A stretch of 64,000 nt of DNA, from positions 403,620,001 through 403,684,000 of the forward strand of contig OZ024741.1 of NCBI GenBank assembly GCA_964016885.1, written 5' to 3'. This stretch comes from Eledone cirrhosa. Its lineage: Eukaryota. Shown here piece by piece: positions 1-9,200 of this stretch. Numbering within the stretch: the first letter of the stretch is position 1; each line of letters begins with the position of its first letter. A program made the translations under genes and the position numbers. A model generated the notes under the pieces. The model ran no database searches. It was not told where the DNA came from and was given only the letters and a program-made list of their open reading frames with translations.

Positions 1-613
1 CCTCACCATTACCATTACCACCATCACCACCACCACCACCACCGCCACCACCACCACCACCACCACCACTACCACCACCACCACCGCCACCGTTACCACC
101 ACCACTACCACCACCACCGTTAGCACTACCACCACCACCACCGTTAGCACTACCACCACTACCACCACCACCACCACCACCACCACCACCACCACCACCG
201 TTAGCACCACCACCACCACCACCACCACCACCACCACCACCACCACCACCACCACCACTACCACCATCACCACCACCGCCACCGCCACCACCACCACCAC
301 CACCACCACCGTTAGCACTACCACCACCACTACCGCCACCACCACCACCACCACCACCACCACCACCACCACCACTACCACCATCACCACCACCACCACC
401 GCCGCCGCCACCACCACCACCACCACCACCACCGTTAGCACTACCACCACCACTACCACCACCACCACCACCACCACCACCACCACCACCACCACCACCA
501 CCACCACTACCACCATCACCACCACCACCACCGCCGCCGCCACCACCACCACCACCACCACCACCACCACCACCACCACCACCACCACCACCACCACCAT
601 CGTTACCAACCAC
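1..613. repeat. Imperfect (CAC/CCA)n trinucleotide microsatellite, truncated by the window edge
   Basis: Near-continuous CAC triplets with interruptions (CCG, CTA, CAT) and a recurring CCGTTAGCAC(T/C)AC motif at about 117, 141, 197, 309 and 432. Confidence 0.97.
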
Positions 614-1125
614 AATTCGATCGAGACATTGCTCTCGGTTAAAGAATGAATTTTTTTTTCCTGCTGGAAAACAAAAATTTAAGATAAAAATATTTCAGTT
701 CCTAGAGTTTTCCCAGAACATTTTAATGGAGTTCTTCTTTTGTCACGTTTTTACCATCTAGCTATTAACAAATTCGTGATGTTGATCAAACCTAAAATCT
801 ACCATGGTAGATTGTTGTTGAGCACTAGGTCGAGTTAGGAATGAGGTAACACATCAATGCTATAGTCTTCTTTTATATCCATTATTTTACTTACAAATGT
901 CGCTTCTTTTTAAAATGACAGGGATGGGATTTTAATGAAATTCGTTCGCTATTTCTAGCAGGTCTAACGACCACACATATTCCTCGTTGTTCTGATCAGC
1001 GGAGAAATCTCGTGGAGCTTTAAATAACCTCCCGTTTCTCTACTTTAACTCTCTTGGTTATAACCTAATTAGACCACGATTAGCTTTCCTGAATAAAGCT
1101 TTCTATATCTTCTTATGGTTTCTGA

Positions 1126-1310
1126 TTTAGGTACAAGCCCAATAACTTTGCGAGATGGGAAAGTCGATTATATCGATCCCAATACGTTACTGGTGCTTCA
1201 TTTTATCGACCCTGTGAGATGAAAGACAGAGATAGTCTCGATGGTATTTGAACTCAGAACGTAAAGGGCCGTTAGTATATCTTGTTAGATACACTAATAT
1301 CTACCAGCTG
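1126..1310 (-). mobile_element. Decayed tRNA-derived SINE, Octopus-like family
   Basis: The motif chain AGTCGATTATATCGATCCCA..ACTGGTGCTTCATTTTATCGACCC..GATGAAAG..ATTTGAACTCAGAACGTAAAG matches my recollection of an abundant Octopus SINE. The minus strand reads GTTCTGAGTTCAAAT (about 1246-1260), a Pol III B-box-like motif. The family assignment was not searched. Confidence 0.6.
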
Positions 1311-1467
1311 TTTTAATCTCTGAATCTATAAGGATATAAATCTATTGTAAGTCTTGCTTGATCATCTTCAAGTGAAGGTTAAAGTTAATGTTTAGGAAAT
1401 CAAAATATACAAAACATACAAAAGAAAAGTTTTAAAAAACATGAAAATAGTGGCCTAGCGTAATTGA

Positions 1468-1645
1468 AAACCTCCGTCGGTTTCGACGCTGAGTGCACCA
1501 CTGTATTGATCAACGGAACAGACTACTTATGACATTAACTTGCAAATGACAGATCATTCTACAGACATGCTCCCTTAATGTAATTAGCAGGGAGATTCAT
1601 CGTAACACACTAGTGACCAGGCTGGCCTTTTGACTTTCAAGTATT
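1468..1645 (-). mobile_element. SINE fragment that apparently resumes at about 2088 after an intervening insertion
   Basis: GATCAACGGAACAG..ATTAACTTGCAAATG..CCCTTAATGTA..CAGGGAGATTCA..CAGGCTGGCCTTTTGA resembles a recalled Octopus SINE consensus. In that consensus the next segment is CCAGCTGAGTG..AAATAAAGTGTCTTGCTCAAGGACAC, seen here at about 2092-2134. Confidence 0.5.
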
Positions 1646-1654
1646 GCCTATTCG

Positions 1655-1765
1655 ATGGGCTTTCGAGCAATTTCCATCAACCCAATTTCACAAAACCTGG
1701 ATCGACCCGGGTCTATGGTAAATGATAGCTATCTAAAATGACAGGCATTGCCAGGGGTAGAACTA
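1655..1765 (-). mobile_element. Highly degenerate SINE fragment of a different family, within the intervening segment
   Basis: TTTCCATCAACCCAATTTCACAAAACCTGGATCGACCCGGGTCTATGGTAAATGA has weak recalled similarity to an Octopus SINE. Unverified. Confidence 0.3.
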
Positions 1766-2102
1766 CTGATCAAAACAAGTGATATATTGCCATACTGAAT
1801 ATATAGGTTACCTATGCCAGTAAAAGACCCCATGATGAATATGAGAACTTTCATGGGACCCACAAGGTAACCTCTTCTTTAGCAGAGAAAGTACTCTTAA
1901 TTACTCTTTCCTCCATTCCAGTATTAGAGGAAAGGGCTCTTTGATCATAACTAACGAATAGTTTCCACCTGGCAAGTTCCACAACAAAGTACTAAGCCTG
2001 GGAAATGTGTTCTTGTGGAAGACCAGCAGTTATTGAGGTAGTCCATAGGAAAGGCCCATACAACTTGGTAATAGTATCATTGCAACTTATTCCAGCTGAG
2101 TG

Positions 2103-2422
2103 AACATGAAATAAAGTGTCTTGCTCAAGGACACAGTGGACTGGAGCAACATTAAATAAAGTATCTTGCTCAATGACACAGTGGACTGGAGTAAAACGAA
2201 ATAAAGTGTCTTGCTCAAGGACACAGTGGGCTGGAGCAACGTGAAATAAAGTGTCTTGTTTAAGGACACAGTAGACCGGAGCAACGTGAAATAAAGTGTC
2301 TTGCTCAATGACAAAGAGGACTGGAGTAACATGAAATAAAGTGTCTTGTTCAAGGACATAGTGAGCTGGAGTAACGTGAAATAAAGTGTCTTGCTCAAGG
2401 ACATGAAATAAAGTATGTTGCT
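2103..2422. repeat. 45-bp minisatellite, about 7 copies, consensus near AACGTGAAATAAAGTGTCTTGCTCAAGGACACAGTGGACTGGAGC
   Basis: ATAAAGT recurs at 2111, 2156, 2201, 2246, 2291, 2336 and 2381 (period 45), plus a short last unit at 2408. This explains the 15-aa periodic ORF 2087..2404. Confidence 0.95.
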
Positions 2423-2773
2423 AACTTATTAACATTCCGTCGTGTGGCGTCCACGTCTGAAAAAATATTTCTATCTAAATAGACAAATATTTCATTAAAT
2501 ATTCACTGAAAATAACAATACCTCATGCGATATTTAGTTAATTTGAAATTGACCTGTCATATAAATTTCATGGCGATAACGTTAACTTTTATTTATCAGA
2601 AGACATTTCGGACAAAGTAATTGAACTGAAGTCGTCAATGGAGAAGATAATTATTTAAAATAAATCTTTCTCTAGAGACGTCCAATATTATTTTAGCATC
2701 TGGTCCTCCTGAAAACCAATTTATATATAAAAATATTCTGAATATCTACAGATTCTATATCTAAAGAATAAAT

Positions 2774-2832
2774 GTTTCTACTTTAGGCACAAGGCCAGCA
2801 ATTACCCAGTGCATTACTTGTACTTTATTGAT
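2774..2832 (-). mobile_element. Short internally deleted remnant of the same SINE family as 1126-1310
   Basis: TTTAGGCACAAGGCCAGCAAT / CCCAGTGCATTACTTGTACTTTATT parallels TTTAGGTACAAGCCCAATAAC / CCCAATACGTTACTGGTGCTTCATT at 1126-1202. Confidence 0.45.
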
Positions 2833-3026
2833 ATCTTCTAGCTGGTCTCTGGAAGATATGGGGTTCAATTCCTTATAGCGGTCGTTGGCAAATTCTTTTC
2901 CGTCTTTAAGGCTGTTCACCCTATTTTATAAGCTATCTTTATAGCATTTTTGCGCTTAAGCACCTGAAGACACAATGCGGAGAAACACACCAACACTGGC
3001 CCTTCCGAGGGATATCAACCCATTCA

Positions 3027-3816
<790 letters not shown>

Positions 3817-3854
<38 letters not shown>

Positions 3855-3859
3855 ATATA
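3817..3859. repeat. (TA)n microsatellite
   Basis: Directly visible. Confidence 0.95.
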
Positions 3860-4029
3860 ACGAAGGAAGTGTAGTAAGGAACCAGGTGGACCAGAACGCA
3901 CCAGAATACTCTATACTTGGGTAGTAGAGTGGGTAATAGGAAAAGCGTCAGGACCCCGACGGCTGAGTTCTGGCCGTTTCGACAGCTAGATCTGACAGAC
4001 TCAGAAGTCGAAACGGCCTGACTCTTTTC

Positions 4030-4142
<113 letters not shown>

Positions 4143-4288
4143 CACTACTACAACAGAGGTCCAACGAACATTTGATTGCAGAGTCGGGCCAGATCAATAC
4201 AGATCGAACCTTGAGCTGATCAATAGCGAAACCCGCGTCACCAACCAATAAACGTACTGAAGGCTTAACCATTCATCATTGTATTATA

Positions 4289-4681
4289 CGAGGATAATCC
4301 CAAAAGTAAGGTCTCCAAAGCGATGGGGACGCAGAGAAACTGTTCGTACGGCTGTTGGCAACACTGTTGTGATTGGTGCTTCCTTCACTCCCAAACAAGC
4401 ATGCGTGCGCTTCGCTGGGATGCTCAATCTTGGCTTGGCAGCCGTTGAGAATGGAGCTCCCGTTCAACGCTATCGCCAAGTGCGAATTTCGCGCAGTTAT
4501 TATATACGAGGGCAATCCCAACAGTAAGGTCTCCTTCCGAGGAAAACATGCGTAAAGATCGGCGGATCACTCTGGATGCTCTCCGCATTTTGGTTCCTGA
4601 GGTTTCCCGAAGCACCATCGACAGGATTTTAACGGAAAAGTTGCAATATCGGAAGGAGACCTTACTTTTGGGATTGCCCTC

Positions 4682-4682
<1 letters not shown>
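4289..4682 (+). mobile_element. Internally deleted Tc1/mariner DNA transposon derivative (MITE-like) with three TIR copies
   Basis: Left TIR TA|CGAGGATAATCCCAAAAGTAAGGTCTCC (4289-4316), internal TIR CGAGGGCAATCCCAACAGTAAGGTCTCC (4507-4534) and inverted right TIR GGAGACCTTACTTTTGGGATTGCCCTCG|TA (4655-4682). TA flanks are typical of Tc1/mariner, and transposase remnants lie inside. Confidence 0.88.
4451..4655 (+). pseudogene. Two fragments of a mariner transposase N-terminal DNA-binding region
   Basis: 4451-4501 translates MELPFNAIAKCEFRAVI, resembling the 'CEVRSVIRFL' start of many mariner transposases. About 4548-4655 translates MRKDRRITLDALRILVPEVSRSTIDRILTEKLQYRK, resembling the second HTH that precedes the WVP motif. 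No DD34D catalytic domain remains. Confidence 0.75.
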
Positions 4683-4749
<67 letters not shown>

Positions 4750-4753
4750 ATGT
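4683..4753. repeat. Compound microsatellite (TA)n(TG)n
   Basis: Directly visible, abutting the right mariner TIR. Confidence 0.97.
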
Positions 4754-5686
4754 AAAAGGTAAACAGAAATAACAACACAATCGGTACAGTATATGGAAGG
4801 TATATATTAGGTTAACGCTTGATATAACATGATATATATATACAAGAAGTGTAAGTCAACTGGGTAAAATTAACTTTGTTTATTCATATTCGCTGTTATA
4901 TATATTTCAGTGATAGCCATTATTCAACAGCTATGACCTCATTAGGCAGTAAGATCTTGAACAGAAAAAAACAGGAAAACATAATGTTGGAATAGATTTT
5001 ACCTTGTTAATTCGTTGATAGAGTTCCAGAATGTGGTGTTAATCCTCTAAGGAACTAATAACACGTGAGGATTAACACGAGAAAAGCCGGAGACATATGC
5101 AGGGGCATTGTAGAACGTTGATATTTTGAAAAAGTGTATAAAAATACTGAAATAAGTGCCTTGCAAAGGAAGAAACCGACCCTTGCCAAGGCATACAGAC
5201 CCCTGACCATTAAGGTGAAAATATATGCCCATTCAATAATTACATTTGAACATCTAAGCTTTGTTTCATGTAATCTACCGTCGATATTTCATTAACAAAA
5301 AAACAATATTACCTTCACAAAATATCGAAGCTGAAGTTTATTCAACGCTCCACTAATTAACAATGTCTGTTATAGCATGTAGTGTGTGTTCTCTTTTGTG
5401 TTCACTCTTTAGATTTAATTACATCTTTAATCAGACATAAAAAAATCTAATTTTTCTTTGACTTCGACTTCAAAGATTGAAAACGATAATTGAATTTCAA
5501 CCAAAGAAACATCAAACACCACAAAAATAACTAAAATAAACAACAAAACAACAAAACAAATAAATATGATTAAGAATTCTTTAAAGTTCTCTTTTTATTG
5601 TTTCTTTTTAAAAAATCTTATACGTTTTTTTAACGACGAGTCACAACAGTACGAGTTGATCGCATGAAATATAATAGAAATGTCTT

Positions 5687-6068
5687 ACAGGGTGACAGGA
5701 GGAGAGGGTGACAGGGGGAGAAGATGACAGGAGGAAAGGGTGACAGGAGGAGAAGATGACAGGAGGAAAGGGTGACAGGGGGAAAGGGTGACAGGAAGTG
5801 GGGGGACAGGAAGAGAGGGGACAGGAAGAGAGGGTGACAGGAAGAAAGGGTGACAGGAAGAGAGGGTAACAGGAGGAAAGAGTGACAGGAGGAGAGGGTG
5901 ACAGGAAGAGAGGGTGACAGGAGGAAAGGGTGACAGGAAGAGAGGGTGACAGGAGGAAAGAGTGACAGGAGGAAAGAGTGACAGGAAGAGAGGGGAACAG
6001 GAAGAAAGGGTGACAGGAGGAAAGGGTGACAGGAAGGGAGGGTGACAGGAGGAAAGAGTGACAGGAGT
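5687..6068. repeat. Purine-rich minisatellite of about 17 bp (consensus near AGGGTGACAGGAGGAAA), about 22 copies
   Basis: (G)TGACAGG recurs about every 17 bp and the + strand is almost all G/A. This explains the periodic ORF 5685..6122(-). Confidence 0.93.
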
Positions 6069-6177
6069 AGGGTTGGTGTTCATATTATCCCGAAATGCAA
6101 TTGGTACGGTTCTAATTAGCAATTGATATTGATATGGGATTGACCAATGTTTTTTTTCATTGAAACGGAAGTTCTCA

Positions 6178-6270
6178 GTAAGTTGATTCCTGGAGATGAT
6201 TTCCGTTCTTTGTTAAAACAGTTTCCACTTCACTTTTGTTCTTCACTAATTCTACGAAAATAACTTGCAG
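6178..6270 (+). other. Candidate 93-nt spliceosomal intron immediately upstream of the satellite
   Basis: GTAAGT donor at 6178-6183, CACTAAT branch-point-like motif at 6244-6250, TTGCAG acceptor at 6265-6270. There is no transcript evidence, and the pyrimidine-rich stretch lies before rather than after the branch motif. Confidence 0.3.
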
Positions 6271-6297
6271 ATCACAGAATTGTATTCCCCCAAAATA

Positions 6298-9200
6298 GAT
6301 CTGTATCTTCATGGAGCTGTCATAAGGTCATATGATCTGTATCTTCATGGAGCTGTCATCATGTCATATGTTCTGTATCTTCATGGAGCTGTCATAAGGT
6401 CATATGATCTGTATCTTCATGGAGCTGTCATCATGTCATATGATCTGTATCTTCATGGAGCTGTCATAAGGTCATATGATCTGTATCTTCATGGAGCTGT
6501 CATCATGTCATATGATCTGTATCTTCATGGAGCTGTCATAAGGTCATATGATCTGTATCTTCATGGAGCTGTCATCATGTCATATGATCTGTATCTTCAT
6601 GGAGCTGTCATAAGGTCATATGATCTGTATCTTCATGGAGCTGTCATCATGTCATATGATCTGTATCTTCATGGAGCTGTCATAAGGTCATATGATCTGT
6701 ATCTTCATAGAGCTGTCATAAGGTCATATGATCTGTATCTTCATGGAGCTGTCATCATGTCATATGTTCTGTATCTTCATGGAACTGTCATAAGGACATA
6801 TGATCTGTATCTTCATGGAGCTGTCATCATGTCATATGTTCTGTATCTTCATGGAGCTGTCATAAGGTCATATGATCTGTATCTTCATGGAGCTGTCATC
6901 ATGTCATATGATCTGTATCTTCATGGAGCTGTCATAAGGTCATATGATCTGTATCTTCATGGAGCTGTCATAAGGTCATATGATCTGTATCTTCATGGAG
7001 CTGTCATCATGTCATATGATCTGTATCTTCATGGAGCTGTCATAAGGTCATATGTTCTGTATCTTCATGGAGCTGTCATAAGGTCATATGATCTGTATCT
7101 TCATGGAGCTGTCATAAGGTCATATGATCTGTATCTTCATGGAGCTGTCATAAGGTCATATGTTCTGTATCTTCATGGGGCTGTCATAAGGTCATATGAT
7201 CTGTATCTTCATGGAGCTGTCATAAGGTCATATGATCTGTATCTTCATGGAGCTGTTATCATGTCATATGTTCTGTATCTTCATGGAGCTATCATAAGGT
7301 CATATGATCTGTATCTTCATGGAGCTGTCATCATGTCATATGATCTGTATCTTCATGGAGCTGTCATCATGTCATATGATCTGTATCTTCACGGAGCTGT
7401 CATCATGTCATATGATCTGTATCTTCATGGAGCTATCATAAGGTCATATGATCTGTATCTTCATGGAGCTGTCATCATGTCATATGATCTGTATCTTCAT
7501 GGAGCTGTCATCATGTCATATGATCTGTATCTTCATGGAGCTGTCATAAGGTCATATGATCTGTATCTTCATGGAGCTGTCATCATGTCATATGATCTGT
7601 ATCTTCATGGAGCTGTCATAAGGTCATATGATCTGTATCTTCATGGAGCTGTCATAAGGTCATATGATCTGTATCTTCATGGAGCTGTCATAAGGTCATA
7701 TGATCTGTATCTTCATGGAGCTGTCATCATGTCATATGATCTGTATCTTCACGGAGCTGTCATCATGTCATATGATCTATATCTTCATGGAGCTGTCATG
7801 AGGTCATATGATCTGTATCTTCATGGAGCTGTCATCATGTCATATGATCTGTATCTTCATGGAGCTGTCATAAGGTCATATGATCTGTATCTTCATGGAG
7901 CTGTCATAAGGTCATATGATCTGTATCTTCATGGAGCTGTCATCATGTCATATGATCTGTATCTTCACGGAGCTGTCATAAGGTCATATGATCTGTATCT
8001 TCATGGAGCTGTCATAAGGTCATGTGTTCTGTATCTTCATGGAGCTGTCATCATGTCATATGATCTGTATCTTCATGGAGCTGTCATCATGTCATATGAT
8101 CTGTATCTTCACGGAGCTGTCATAAGGTCATATGATCTGTATCTTCATGGAGCTGTCATAAGGTCATGTGTTCTGTATCTTCATGGAGCTGTCATCATGT
8201 CATATGATCTGTATCTTCATGGAGCTGTCATCATGTCATATGATCTGTATCTTCATGGAGCTGTCATCATGTCATATGATCTGTATCTTCACGGAGCTGT
8301 CATAAGGTCATATGATCTGTATCTTCATGGAGCTGTCATAAGGTCATGTGTTCTGTATCTTCATGGAGCTGTCATCATGTCATATGATCTGTATCTTCAT
8401 GGAGCTGTCATCATGTCATATGATCTGTATCTTCACGGAGCTGTCATAAGGTCATATGATCTGTATCTTCATGGAGCTGTCATAAGGTCATGTGTTCTGT
8501 ATCTTCATGGAGCTGTCATCATGTCATATGATCTGTATCTTCATGGAGCTGTCATCATGTCATATGATCTGTATCTTCATGGAGCTGTCATCATGTCATA
8601 TGATCTGTATCTTCACGGAGCTGTCATAAGGTCATATGATCTGTATCTTCATGGAGCTGTCATAAGGTCATGTGTTCTGTATCTTCATGGAGCTGTCATC
8701 ATGTCATATGATCTGTATCTTCATGGAGCTGTCATAAGGTCATATGATCTGTATCTTCATGGAGCTGTCATAAGGTCATATGATCTGTATCTTCATGGAG
8801 CTGTCATCATGTCATATGATCTGTATCTTCATGGAGCTGTCATAAGGTCATATGATCCGTATCTTCATGGAGCTGTCATAAGGTCATATGATCTGTATCT
8901 TCATGGAGCTGTCATAAGGTCATATGTTCTGTATCTTCATGGAGCTGTCATCATGTCATATGATCTGTATCTTCACGGAGCTGTCATAAGGTCATATGAT
9001 CTGTATCTTCATGGAGCTGTCATCATGTCATATGATCTGTATCTTCATGGAGCTGTCATAAGGTCATATGTTCTGTATCTTCATGGAGCTGTCATAAGGT
9101 CATATGATCTGTATCTTCATGGAGCTGTCATAAGGTCATATGATCTGTATCTTCATGGAGCTGTCATAAGGTCATATGATCTGTATCTTCACGGAGCTGT

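Noticed and set aside
1-613. Telomeric repeat or poly-His/Pro/Thr coding exon
   Set aside because: The unit is CAC rather than (CCCTAA)n, and there is no supporting splice or ORF context.
2087-2404. 105-aa ORF with a 15-aa repeat
   Set aside because: It is a translation of the 45-bp minisatellite.
2859-2885. GGGGTTCAATTCCTT as the T-arm of a tRNA gene
   Set aside because: Only a B-box-like motif is present and no cloverleaf could be built; at most it is a SINE remnant.
5685-6122. 145-aa Pro/Ser/Leu-rich ORF on the minus strand
   Set aside because: It is a translation of the 17-bp minisatellite (3 units = 17 aa period).
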